From the IMG/VR virus record IMGVR_UViG_3300044630_005137, positions 42,227 through 106,226 of that record: 64,000 bases of DNA; one strand, given 5' to 3'. Of this stretch, positions 50,949 through 59,368 are shown one piece after another. Under the pieces are notes generated by a model, which was given only the letters and a program-made list of their open reading frames with translations, was not told where the DNA came from and searched no databases. Within the stretch, counting starts at the first letter, position 1, and the number at the start of each line of letters is the position of its first letter. The position numbers were made by a program, and so were the translations under genes. This DNA comes from a virus.

Positions 50949-52229
50949 TTATCCTATTACAACTACTCTATATTCTCCAGATGCTGGTGCAACTGCAAAT
51001 TTGATAGTTACAACTGAATCTGATGTATGCTCAACATCTGCCTCTATTTGTGCATATGGTGAAGCAACTTCATAAATAGCAGTCACTATATCTTTTGTAC
51101 CCAAATTGTGAGTTACTGTATAAGATGTTGCTGATGTGTTAAGGGTTGTCTTATACTTTCTTGTTATCTCATGATAATTTGTGCCGTCATTTGTTAATGT
51201 CCATTGGTCTGCCGCCTCATTCCATAAAACTTCTACATCTGCAGAGGTTCCACGGTTTACCTTAAGACCAGCATCTGCTGATGGAGCTCCAGTAACATTT
51301 GTATTAAGAACAACTTTATTGTCAACAATATTAACTTCTGTTGTGCTTATAGAGTTAATAGATCCTTGAACATCAAGGTTTCCGCCAATGCTTAAGTTAC
51401 CAGTAACTGTTACATCATCTGGCAAGCCAATAGTTACTGCTGCTGATTCTGATCCAGATCCTGAAACTGTAATTTCTCCAGATGTTCCAGCAATTGTTGA
51501 AACATAGCTTCCAGTCGTGTCAGTACCAAGAGCAACTGAGTTTGGCTCAATTGTTGTTGATATTGTAACATCGCCCAAATTGGTCATTGTTGCAGAACCA
51601 GTTACATCTCCTGAAAGTGTAATTACTGGATCTTTATTAAGAGATACCGCTCCTGCTGTAACTGTAAAATCTGTTGAGCTAAATGAAGCAACACCCTTAT
51701 TTGTGTATGTTGCATCTTCTGCAGATACTGTAATTGTGTTATTTGTTACCGCTACGTCAATTCCCTCTCCGCCAGCTACTGTAATAGTATCTGTAAGAAG
51801 GTCAACTGTATCTGTTCCTGTATCTCCAGCAACTGAAAGATTAGTTGCTACGTTTACTGTTCCAGCTGCAGTCAAACGACCTTGAGCGTCAACTGTAAAT
51901 GTAGGAATTGCTGTTGTTGATCCGTATGATCCAGCAGTTACTGCTGTATCATTAAGCTTTAATGTTGTTGTGCCTGCGGTATCGTCGTATGTTGCGGTTA
52001 AAGCTGTTCCTGCTAATACGGACGAACCAATAATGTCTTGAATTACTTCTGTAGAACCAGATGCAGGTGTCCACTCTGTTCCATTGTAGAAGTAAAGAAT
52101 GTTTGTGCCAGTATTGTAGTATATTTGACCAGATACTGGATTTGAAGGCGCTGAGCCTAAGTTTTGTATTCTAGCATTGAGCAACTCATTCTTGTTGAGA
52201 TCAACGCTAACTAAAAATTTTCTTGCCAT
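50949..52229 (-). CDS. Virion fibre/structural protein
   Basis: 426 aa, Thr/Val-rich. GQIYYN...YNGTEW, VTAGSYG....PTFTVDAQGRLT and VTHNLG motifs. Confidence 0.75.
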   Translation of the reverse strand: MARKFLVSVDLNKNELLNARIQNLGSAPSNPVSGQIYYNTGTNILYFYNGTEWTPASGSTEVIQDIIGSSVLAGTALTATYDDTAGTTTLKLNDTAVTAGSYGSTTAIPTFTVDAQGRLTAAGTVNVATNLSVAGDTGTDTVDLLTDTITVAGGEGIDVAVTNNTITVSAEDATYTNKGVASFSSTDFTVTAGAVSLNKDPVITLSGDVTGSATMTNLGDVTISTTIEPNSVALGTDTTGSYVSTIAGTSGEITVSGSGSESAAVTIGLPDDVTVTGNLSIGGNLDVQGSINSISTTEVNIVDNKVVLNTNVTGAPSADAGLKVNRGTSADVEVLWNEAADQWTLTNDGTNYHEITRKYKTTLNTSATSYTVTHNLGTKDIVTAIYEVASPYAQIEADVEHTSDSVVTIKFAVAPASGEYRVVVIG

Positions 52230-52240
52230 TTGCTATCTCC

Positions 52241-52681
52241 TTATGACAGGTATGCTGTCCCTGAAAATGGTTGAGCCATAGTCAGTGTTAATTGATTAGT
52301 ACTATTGTAGTCTATTCCAGTTTCCAAAATATCTCCTGCACTAGATTTGACGGTAACGTTTGGTTGGTATCCAAGACCGTGACTAATGACAACAGAATAT
52401 ACTCCTAACGCTGGTCCAGTAACTTGAGCAAGTTCCCAAGCATAGGCCAGAGTGTTATTTGTTAAGAATATCTTATTCGATCCTGACCAAGATGAGTCAG
52501 AAATTTTTGGACCGTGAAAAGCTGCAGATGTTGTATCAAAATAAAAATCTCCAGTAAGGCCTAAATTTGCTGCTGGGTCTCCAGAACCATTTAGGATTGT
52601 TCTTCCTCTTACTCCTTGCGGGCCTGGGGAAGATACTATAACTTTATTTATTTGCTCTTTAACAACTACGGACTCAACCAT
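52241..52681 (-). CDS. Virion adaptor protein with a short collagen-like GPQG segment
   Basis: PGPQGVRG...GDFYFD and HGLGY.P.V motifs. Confidence 0.6.
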   Translation of the reverse strand: MVESVVVKEQINKVIVSSPGPQGVRGRTILNGSGDPAANLGLTGDFYFDTTSAAFHGPKISDSSWSGSNKIFLTNNTLAYAWELAQVTGPALGVYSVVISHGLGYQPNVTVKSSAGDILETGIDYNSTNQLTLTMAQPFSGTAYLS

Positions 52682-53028
52682 TATATAGTTACCGATCTAT
52701 TTAGGGTAATAAACCCTTCAAGGAGCTTTATTTTATTCGCATTAGAATCTACGACCATAATGTCATATACTGACTTTGGATAAAAGAGTTTGTTTGTTTG
52801 TGTTGGTGTAAGGGTTACAGTTAATTTACCAAGGTAACCATTTATTACAATGCCGCCACTTGGAGATGTTAAAGTTACTGCTAACTTAGTTCCACCTTTT
52901 ACGTCACGTACCTGCATTTTTGCAGATGCGCCAGTTAGATCAATCGCATTCTCATTTTCGTCTTTATATTCTACTACAAAGCTGAATGTTGCATTTTGAT
53001 CTACTTCGAAATTCTTTTGTCCTGCCAT
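52681..53028 (-). CDS. BppU-N-like fibre anchoring protein
   Basis: DQ.ATF......D.....IDLTG.SAKMQVR...YDI.......K..LEG pattern. Confidence 0.6.
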   Translation of the reverse strand: MAGQKNFEVDQNATFSFVVEYKDENENAIDLTGASAKMQVRDVKGGTKLAVTLTSPSGGIVINGYLGKLTVTLTPTQTNKLFYPKSVYDIMVVDSNANKIKLLEGFITLNRSVTI

Positions 53029-53048
53029 TTGCCATAGTCTCCTAAATA

Positions 53049-53086
53049 GGAATACTCCTGTACTAATTTTAGCACAGGAGTATTTC
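53049..53086 (-). terminator. Hairpin after the holin gene, with a -10-like TGCTAAAAT in its loop
   Basis: AATACTCCTGT-N12-ACAGGAGTATT. Confidence 0.55.
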
Positions 53087-53099
53087 TAATTGACTGTTT

Positions 53100-53333
53100 T
53101 TACTTTTTAGTGAAACCAAACGATGCTTCGTTCGGATTAAGTGCTTTCAAAATTACGGGTGCTGTGGCAGCAAATCCGCCCAATAGTAGGTCTCTTGGAC
53201 TAGTGTTGCCAGTCATATATAGAGCAATTGCTGCTCCTAGAAAATGACGTCCATAACTTGCTAGTGCTGCTAGAATTTTCTCTTGCATTGTAACCTTTCC
53301 ATCTCCATTAAGATCTTCTTTAGCTTTTGCCAT
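53100..53333 (-). CDS. Putative holin (actinophage type)
   Basis: 77 aa with two hydrophobic helices and ASYGR.F...P..LKALNP....FG. N-terminal DLNGDGKV loop. Confidence 0.65.
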   Translation of the reverse strand: MAKAKEDLNGDGKVTMQEKILAALASYGRHFLGAAIALYMTGNTSPRDLLLGGFAATAPVILKALNPNEASFGFTKK

Positions 53334-53405
53334 TTTTGATCCTCCTTATTTCTAAGCGGGAAGCCTAGGAATTTTGAGCCTTAGCCCAATTCTATAATTG
53401 TACCA

Positions 53406-55496
53406 CTATGCGCTAATATCTACCAATTCGCAATTACCATCAGAGCTACATGCAAGCGTTGCATTTGTAGAAGTACCATCTTCTAGCTCGTAGAAAGATA
53501 AATCTTCCCATCTAATGCTTTTAGGCATCTTTGATACCAGATCTTCATATTCTTCTTTTGAAACCTCTTGGTATGGGGCTTGCTTGTAAGAGTGATCAGA
53601 GTATGGAAGAAAAGAAATTCCAGAAAGATCGTCAAAGTTTTTATATACCCAGGAACCCACTTCCATCCACTCTTCGTCTTTTACAGATACTGTAATTGAT
53701 GGCTTATGATCGCACCAAGCCTTTTGGTATATCATCCAAAGCTCAAGGTGCTCTATGGCTGTAAGGTCTTTTCTAAGTGTCGCACCTTCTGGTGCCTTTA
53801 CAGGAAAAGAAAAAACATAAGTTTCGGTTGGCTTCATAACATCGTCTTCTACTGGTATTCCAATCTCTTTAAGAAAAATTGAAATTGGATCTCCCTTTGA
53901 GCCACGAACTGTTCTTATGTAATATTCTGAGTGCCAAGGATGCATGCCAGAAGAAACTCCAGTAAGCTGTGAAACTGTTCCAGAAGGCTTTACACATGTA
54001 ACAGAGGCAGAAGGATTTATGCCAATATTTAATGCCTCTTTTTTATTTGCTTCGTTAGCTCTGATCTTTAGTCTTTGTAGAGCATGTTCTAGGCGAAGGT
54101 GATCATCTTCTTTAATGTGATCTAAATTTTTGCAATTTCCAGGACATGCGTACCTACATGTATAACCTTCTTTTTTATGGGCTTGATATTTTCCAGAAAA
54201 ATAAGAATTTCCAAATTGACCAGTTAAAGATACGCCAAGCAGTCTTTCTTCTTCTGTATTTTTTCTCCAAACATCTCTTATGTACTTAAAGTTTGTTAGT
54301 GTAGATTGCCATGTACCAAGTATTGAAGCAAGCTCTACTTTTCTAGAAACAGACTCTTCATTATCATCTTCACGAATAACAACTTCTGACAAGTTACAGA
54401 ACTGATTTGGTCTTAATATGATTTCTGAGCAGGGATTAGTTCCATAGTGTATCTCTGGGTCTCTCCCGCTCAATGCAGCTTGTTTTTGTGCTGCTGCAAC
54501 ATTATAGATTCCTCGCTCTCCAGATTTTGAATCGTATAGCGATTTCCATTCAGAAATAAATTGCTCCATATCTGGCTTTCTAGAATATGCTACAGAATTA
54601 TTTGAAAGAGCACGTTGTGGATTGTGTTCCCACCAGTTTCCAGATTTTGCTTGAGCCATTTCTATATCGTTTATATTAGAAAGAGAAATCATAGCTGATC
54701 TGCGAACTCCTCCAACAACAACAACCTCGCCAATCTTACACATTATGTCATGCGCTTCAATTGGCTTAAGTTGTCTTCCTGCTGCATTTTTAAACTTTGC
54801 AATAGTAAAATCAAATAAGTTTACAAGAGGCTGCGGTCCAGATGATCTTCCGCCCATGGTTTTAAGCCTTGCACCAGCTGGTCTAACTTTTGTAACATCA
54901 AAGGATGGAATCTTTCCGTCCCATAGGCTTTTTAAAAGCATCTTGTAGGCTGTTGCCCAGCCTGTTTTAGAATCTTCTACAACAATAACATCAGAAACTT
55001 TTTCCAAAGTTTGAGGGATTGAAGGAAGCTTATTAATGTACTTATACTCTACTGAAAAACCAACTCCAGAGCCACACATCAATATATACATAGTTTCGTC
55101 AAATGCTCTTGGGTGATCAACTGGCAAATACGAACAATTGTATCCAGCAACGTTATCTCTTTCTAGGGCGGGACCAGAAGTCATAACAGCTCTCATAGAA
55201 GGCATTACATTTCTCTTGTATACAGCATCTTTAAGATTTGAAAGAAGTATATCGTCTGGAGTATAATCAAAATTTTCTTTTAGGTTGTTTAGCATAAAAG
55301 AAAAATATCTATCTACGGTTTCTTTCCATGTTTCTCTTCTATTTAAATCTGGTATCCATCTAGCATATCTAGAAATAGCTATAAAATTTTCGTATGGGTT
55401 TTCTATTAAAGCGCTATCTGCATTTGGCTCAAGTAATACCATTGGCTTCTCATCAAAGTAATCTGAGGATTTTTTAAAGTTTTGAATTTTTGTCAT
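53406..55496 (-). CDS. nrdJ: Class II (B12-dependent) ribonucleotide reductase, monomeric RTPR type
   Basis: YNCSY, GGVRRSA, GTNPCSEI and TCVKPSGTVS motifs plus a C-terminal C.....C. No beta-subunit gene nearby. Confidence 0.92.
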   Translation of the reverse strand: MTKIQNFKKSSDYFDEKPMVLLEPNADSALIENPYENFIAISRYARWIPDLNRRETWKETVDRYFSFMLNNLKENFDYTPDDILLSNLKDAVYKRNVMPSMRAVMTSGPALERDNVAGYNCSYLPVDHPRAFDETMYILMCGSGVGFSVEYKYINKLPSIPQTLEKVSDVIVVEDSKTGWATAYKMLLKSLWDGKIPSFDVTKVRPAGARLKTMGGRSSGPQPLVNLFDFTIAKFKNAAGRQLKPIEAHDIMCKIGEVVVVGGVRRSAMISLSNINDIEMAQAKSGNWWEHNPQRALSNNSVAYSRKPDMEQFISEWKSLYDSKSGERGIYNVAAAQKQAALSGRDPEIHYGTNPCSEIILRPNQFCNLSEVVIREDDNEESVSRKVELASILGTWQSTLTNFKYIRDVWRKNTEEERLLGVSLTGQFGNSYFSGKYQAHKKEGYTCRYACPGNCKNLDHIKEDDHLRLEHALQRLKIRANEANKKEALNIGINPSASVTCVKPSGTVSQLTGVSSGMHPWHSEYYIRTVRGSKGDPISIFLKEIGIPVEDDVMKPTETYVFSFPVKAPEGATLRKDLTAIEHLELWMIYQKAWCDHKPSITVSVKDEEWMEVGSWVYKNFDDLSGISFLPYSDHSYKQAPYQEVSKEEYEDLVSKMPKSIRWEDLSFYELEDGTSTNATLACSSDGNCELVDISA

Positions 55497-55643
55497 TTTG
55501 TCTCTTTTCCGCCCAACGGCACATAAAATTTAGTAAGAGTCTTATTCTACCAAAGTTCTTTATAGAAGGGAAGCGTTTAATAAAAAACAACAAAAACTAA
55601 TTGTTTATTAGTTAACTAGAATATATAAAGTATTATATTTGGG

Positions 55644-55673
55644 TTGACATGTAACAATAATTAATGGTATTCT
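55644..55673 (+). promoter_or_regulatory. Sigma70-type promoter TTGACA-18-(TGG)TATTCT
   Basis: Read directly upstream of the transglycosylase gene. Confidence 0.6.
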
Positions 55674-55700
55674 TATAGTTCGTTATCTCTATTGGAGGAA

Positions 55701-56267
55701 ATGCCTATGGAGAATATAAAAGAAAAGCTTAGCGATGTTTTACATCACTATGTTGCAATATCAGTAGCTGTATTGTTTTTATTTACTGGTCAACCAGAAA
55801 TAATTCAATCAGCATCTGCTCTGGTTGTAAAACCAGATGTAAAAACCGAAGCACAACTTAACAAGGAAAAGCTGAAGCAATTCAGTAATACTGTGTGGAA
55901 ACCATCTGAATCTTTAACAGATACAGAATTGGTTGAACTCCTCGAAGCCGTAGGCTTTGAGGGTAGCGCCCTTAAAATGGCGTGGGCTGTGGCTAAAAAG
56001 GAGTCTAATGGACGCCCAATGGCTTATAACGGCAACAGGAAAACTGGAGACAGTTCCTACGGAATTTTTCAGATCAACATGTTGGGAAACCTAGGTGATG
56101 ATCGTAAAGAAAAATTCAAACTGGACAGTAACTACTCGTTATTTGATCCAGCAATCAACGCAGAGATAACGTATTATATGACCAATGGCGGTCAAGATTG
56201 GTCGTCATGGAAAGGTTTAACCGCTAAGACAAAAGAGTGGCTAAACAAATTTCCATCTAAAAGTTAG
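55701..56267 (+). CDS. Lytic transglycosylase/lysozyme-like cell-wall hydrolase with an N-terminal hydrophobic anchor
   Basis: AVAKKES.G...SYGIFQIN...LFDP..NA...W..W motifs. GGAGG RBS, start at 55701 or 55707. Confidence 0.8.
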   Translation: MPMENIKEKLSDVLHHYVAISVAVLFLFTGQPEIIQSASALVVKPDVKTEAQLNKEKLKQFSNTVWKPSESLTDTELVELLEAVGFEGSALKMAWAVAKKESNGRPMAYNGNRKTGDSSYGIFQINMLGNLGDDRKEKFKLDSNYSLFDPAINAEITYYMTNGGQDWSSWKGLTAKTKEWLNKFPSKS

Positions 56268-56294
56268 TAAGGAGTTAATATTAAGATACAAATA

Positions 56295-56492
56295 GTGTCT
56301 GAGTATTTAGCTCTGTCAAGAGAAGGCCTTGTGTCAGAGATGGTTTGTCCATTAGACCAAGGTCTTCTCTTTTCAAACCAAGACGGTGAAGAAGATATCT
56401 TCCTATACTGTCTTTCCTGCCAGTATAAAAGCTATATTGGTAGCGCTATATACTCAAAAATGTTAGAAGGTTTAAAGAATGCCACTAAATAA
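56295..56492 (+). CDS. Small Zn-ribbon-like protein
   Basis: CPLD...YCLSC. Confidence 0.55.
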   Translation: MSEYLALSREGLVSEMVCPLDQGLLFSNQDGEEDIFLYCLSCQYKSYIGSAIYSKMLEGLKNATK

Positions 56493-56682
56493 TGAATTTG
56501 ATGAGGCTTTAAGAGCTAAAGTTGCTAGAAATATTCCATGTATGCATATGCCTGGTTTGCTTCTTGCAGAAAAAGCTCTTATTGTAGTTAAAGAATATGC
56601 TGAAGAAGCTAAATCTAGAGGTTTAACAACCATTGATGAATTGCTTGAAGACATGAAAGTAAAAAATGGACAAGCCGAGTAA
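56479..56682 (+). CDS. Hypothetical protein
   Basis: 67-aa ORF overlapping its neighbours. Confidence 0.55.
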   Translation: MPLNNEFDEALRAKVARNIPCMHMPGLLLAEKALIVVKEYAEEAKSRGLTTIDELLEDMKVKNGQAE

Positions 56683-56869
56683 TAACTTAGAAGATAACCT
56701 ACCTATGGTTAACTACATAATGCTTCATAGAATATATGACGTATTGTGTTTAATTGCTAAAGGAAGTGTAGGTAGCAATGAGATCGAAAAAATGGTAAAA
56801 TATCATGAAGAGGGATTTTTGCTGGGACCCTCCCCAGCATTTAGAGCGGAAGATGAAAAGAATGAATAA
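56666..56869 (+). CDS. Hypothetical protein
   Basis: NLEDNLPMV.YIMLHRIYD. Overlaps its neighbours. Confidence 0.65.
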   Translation: MDKPSNNLEDNLPMVNYIMLHRIYDVLCLIAKGSVGSNEIEKMVKYHEEGFLLGPSPAFRAEDEKNE

Positions 56870-57059
56870 AGATAAAGAATCTGTAGTGCAACTTATGGTT
56901 GCAGTTTATGAAAGTATAAATACAAAAATGGCATTGATGTCTGGAATGACTGAAGAAGAAGTAGAAACAAAAACTCAAGAAGCAAATCCAGCAATGATTT
57001 ACTATATGAGTGAAATTTACAACAAACTTGATGAAAATGACATTATAAAATACGAATAG
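56862..57059 (+). CDS. Hypothetical protein (probable start MNKDK)
   Basis: Internal Met overlapping the upstream stop. Confidence 0.55.
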   Translation: MNKDKESVVQLMVAVYESINTKMALMSGMTEEEVETKTQEANPAMIYYMSEIYNKLDENDIIKYE

Positions 57060-57073
57060 TGTATAATTAGATT

Positions 57074-57238
57074 ATGCCTAGATACCACACGAAAAGAATG
57101 TACGGACCATATTTCCCATGGGATCATGGAACTAAACATCCTTTAGAAGAAGTTAAAGTGTGGAAAAAAGAGCATAAAGTAACTATACTACAAAAAATTA
57201 AAAACATAATAAAAAGAATTAACTCTAGTCGAGCTTAG
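57074..57238 (+). CDS. 54-aa basic hypothetical protein (not in the ORF track)
   Basis: MPRYHTKRMYGPYFPWDHG...RINSSRA*. TATAAT lies 6 nt before the ATG. Confidence 0.5.
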   Translation: MPRYHTKRMYGPYFPWDHGTKHPLEEVKVWKKEHKVTILQKIKNIIKRINSSRA

Positions 57239-57265
57239 GCTCCTAAAGTTAAGCACGTAAGTGCG

Positions 57266-57305
57266 ATAAACCCCAATCGGATCCGCCTCTGATTGGGGTT
57301 TTTAT
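57266..57305. terminator. Bidirectional terminator between convergent operons
   Basis: AAACCCCAATCGGA-N6-TCTGATTGGGGTTT followed by a T tract. Confidence 0.8.
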
Positions 57306-57874
57306 TTTCTGTCTTCATGCACAAAAGCTGCATAGACTATTCTTTCTCCATTGTAAAATTTATTTACAGCATGAGAATAATCAAGATTTCCAGGATGAAC
57401 AAGTAAAGAACCAGCTTTTGGCTTAATCGATATATCTTTATTTACATATACTATTTCTCCACCATCAAAATCGTCAGTAATAAAAATAACAATTCCATGA
57501 GATACAAAGGTCGGTCCTTTTTGATCTTCTTCCCAATCATATGAGGCATCATCCTGATGAGGTTGCATCAAATATTTATCATTAGGGTTATCTGAAGTAT
57601 GCCTGTATTTTGTAAAATCTATTTGTTCAGTAGAAGGTATTCTAATTTTTCTATTATTAGACTCTAACATAGTCTTTAATTTTTCAATATACTCAAACCA
57701 TAAATCTATAACATCTTTATTTTTTCCTACTTTAAGCGTAAGATGAACTGGATGCTCGTTGTCTTCAATATATGAATTATTGTTTATTTCATTTATAAAT
57801 AGGACTAAATCTTCTTTAGATATAAAGTTTTCTATATATATAATATTTTCATCGATATCAATCTTATTCACCAA
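57302..57874 (-). CDS. 2OG-Fe(II) oxygenase
   Basis: HQD...DDFDGGEI...KPKAGSL..HP...HAV....GER. Confidence 0.88.
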   Translation of the reverse strand: MVNKIDIDENIIYIENFISKEDLVLFINEINNNSYIEDNEHPVHLTLKVGKNKDVIDLWFEYIEKLKTMLESNNRKIRIPSTEQIDFTKYRHTSDNPNDKYLMQPHQDDASYDWEEDQKGPTFVSHGIVIFITDDFDGGEIVYVNKDISIKPKAGSLLVHPGNLDYSHAVNKFYNGERIVYAAFVHEDRK

Positions 57875-58616
57875 AGATCTCCTTTTTCTTTTTTTCTACC
57901 GTTTCTAAATTATAAAAATCATTTGTGATATTTTCTGGAACCTCAACCTTTTGTGACCCATACGGCACAAATCCTTGAGATGGTCCCATTCTCCAAAAAT
58001 GTGGAGTTATGTATTTAATACCTATATTAGGAACTGCTTCGTGTTCATTATCTAGGTCGCAGGATTTAAACATAACTATACTTCCAGGCTCTGGCTTTAT
58101 TTGTAAATTATAATTTGGGAAATTTAAATATCCATCAAAATAATCATCATTATAGTATATGACAAATGAGTGCTCTAAGTCGTCATAAGGACAATCTGTA
58201 TGCAAACCCCTGGATTGCATAGAGCCGTATCTACCAATAACATATCCAGGCGATGGTATTCTGGGATTTAAGATAGTATCTATACCTAAAATTTTTGCGT
58301 ATTGGTTTGAGCATTCTACAACAGCGTTGTTAATAGATTCAAACACCCAATGACTTTCAATATTTTTCTTATTTGGGTCATATATATTTGGGTCATATAT
58401 GCATTTAGCTAAACCAAAATCTTCTGGTGTAATTCCTAATAATTCCCAGCCTCTTTTTTGTTCTAATGAAAACGCATATTGATTTCCCCACGGAAGCCAA
58501 TCAGTTATAATATCACTTGAAACAGAATCTATATATTTAATAATGTCATTTGAGTTAGGTATTGCATTCTTAAAATAAAAAACTTTATCGTTGTATATTT
58601 CAACTTCTATAGACAT
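57864..58616 (-). CDS. 2OG-Fe(II) oxygenase
   Basis: HTD...YYNDDYFDG.L.F...KPEPGS...HEA....KY. Confidence 0.88.
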   Translation of the reverse strand: MSIEVEIYNDKVFYFKNAIPNSNDIIKYIDSVSSDIITDWLPWGNQYAFSLEQKRGWELLGITPEDFGLAKCIYDPNIYDPNKKNIESHWVFESINNAVVECSNQYAKILGIDTILNPRIPSPGYVIGRYGSMQSRGLHTDCPYDDLEHSFVIYYNDDYFDGYLNFPNYNLQIKPEPGSIVMFKSCDLDNEHEAVPNIGIKYITPHFWRMGPSQGFVPYGSQKVEVPENITNDFYNLETVEKKKKEIFGE

Positions 58617-58668
58617 AATATATCTCCTTATTGATTGTTAAAAAGTGCGGCGAAAAGTGAGCCGAAAA

Positions 58669-58818
58669 TTAGAGACCATCATTTTCATCTTCGTATAAAC
58701 TTCTCAAATACTCCATATTAGCTAGACGTTGTTCCTCAGACCCTATTTTATGCTCTACTATAACACCTGCCCACATAATAAAAAGGAGGGTCGAAATAGG
58801 AACATCATAAGCTACCAT
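58669..58818 (-). CDS. 49-aa hypothetical protein (leaderless)
   Basis: MVAYDVPISTLLFIMWAGVIVEH... TATAAT lies 6 nt upstream. Confidence 0.45.
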   Translation of the reverse strand: MVAYDVPISTLLFIMWAGVIVEHKIGSEEQRLANMEYLRSLYEDENDGL

Positions 58819-58835
58819 ATTAGTATTATACTCCA

Positions 58836-58851
58836 TGTTTCACGTGAAACC
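58836..58851. promoter_or_regulatory. parS centromere-like site TGTTTCACGTGAAACC
   Basis: Contains the perfect 14-bp palindrome GTTTCACGTGAAAC. 15/16 match to the consensus TGTTTCACGTGAAACA. Intergenic. Confidence 0.8.
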
Positions 58852-58859
58852 AAGTAGGC

Positions 58860-58964
58860 CTATATATTAAACAATAGGAAGATCGATATAGCAAGAAAGC
58901 AAAGAGCAATAAATCTGATCTTCTTTTTTCTTGGCCATTCAGATGGCACTCTTACATTATCCAT
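58860..58964 (-). CDS. 34-aa membrane peptide
   Basis: MDNVRVPSEWPRKKKIRFIALCFLAISIFLLFNI. AAGGAG RBS. Confidence 0.55.
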   Translation of the reverse strand: MDNVRVPSEWPRKKKIRFIALCFLAISIFLLFNI

Positions 58965-58978
58965 ATTCTACTCCTTTG

Positions 58979-59053
58979 TAGGCCTATTGGGATTTGAACC
59001 CAAAGTCGATTGCATATAAGACAATTGCTTTAACCAGGTTAAGCTATAGGCCC
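58979..59053 (-). tRNA. tRNA-Ile, anticodon UAU (no encoded CCA)
   Basis: Full cloverleaf: acceptor GGGCCTA/TAGGCCT, D stem GCTT/AAGC, anticodon arm ATTGT-CT TAT AT-GCAAT, T arm TTGGG-TTCAAAT-CCCAA, discriminator A. Confidence 0.9.
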
Positions 59054-59058
59054 TTATA

Positions 59059-59136
59059 TTAGCCTATTATCTGGTATATGATACCAAGGATAAAAGTAAT
59101 GACAGCTATTATGGCTACTGCAATAAGAGTCTTCAT
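59059..59136 (-). CDS. 25-aa hydrophobic peptide
   Basis: MKTLIAVAIIAVITFILGIIYQIIG*. Confidence 0.4.
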   Translation of the reverse strand: MKTLIAVAIIAVITFILGIIYQIIG

Positions 59137-59333
59137 CTTTCTATCCCGCCTTTTCTTATGTATTTTCTTTATGTTTTTTAATTTTTTATCTGGGGATATT
59201 AGATTTTAGGAAAGCCCCCCTACCCCCCAAATTTTTTCTTTTTGGAAAGATAGAGAAGCACTCCTAAAACGATATTCTCAGATGTTATCTGGTACATATT
59301 GAGTTTCAGGGTAAGCCCCCACAAAGCAAACTT

Positions 59334-59363
59334 AGTGTAGCATTTTTTATTTTACAAAGTCAA
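59334..59363 (-). promoter_or_regulatory. Sigma70-type promoter TTGACT-18-(TGC)TACACT driving the tRNA region
   Basis: Read directly on the minus strand. Confidence 0.6.
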
Positions 59364-59368
59364 TAGTT

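Noticed and set aside
53406-55496. Intein or intron in the RNR
   Set aside because: The ORF is continuous and of normal size. The insert is only ~30 aa and lacks splicing motifs.
57219-57305. Hammerhead ribozyme
   Set aside because: No CUGAnGA/GAAA core on either strand.
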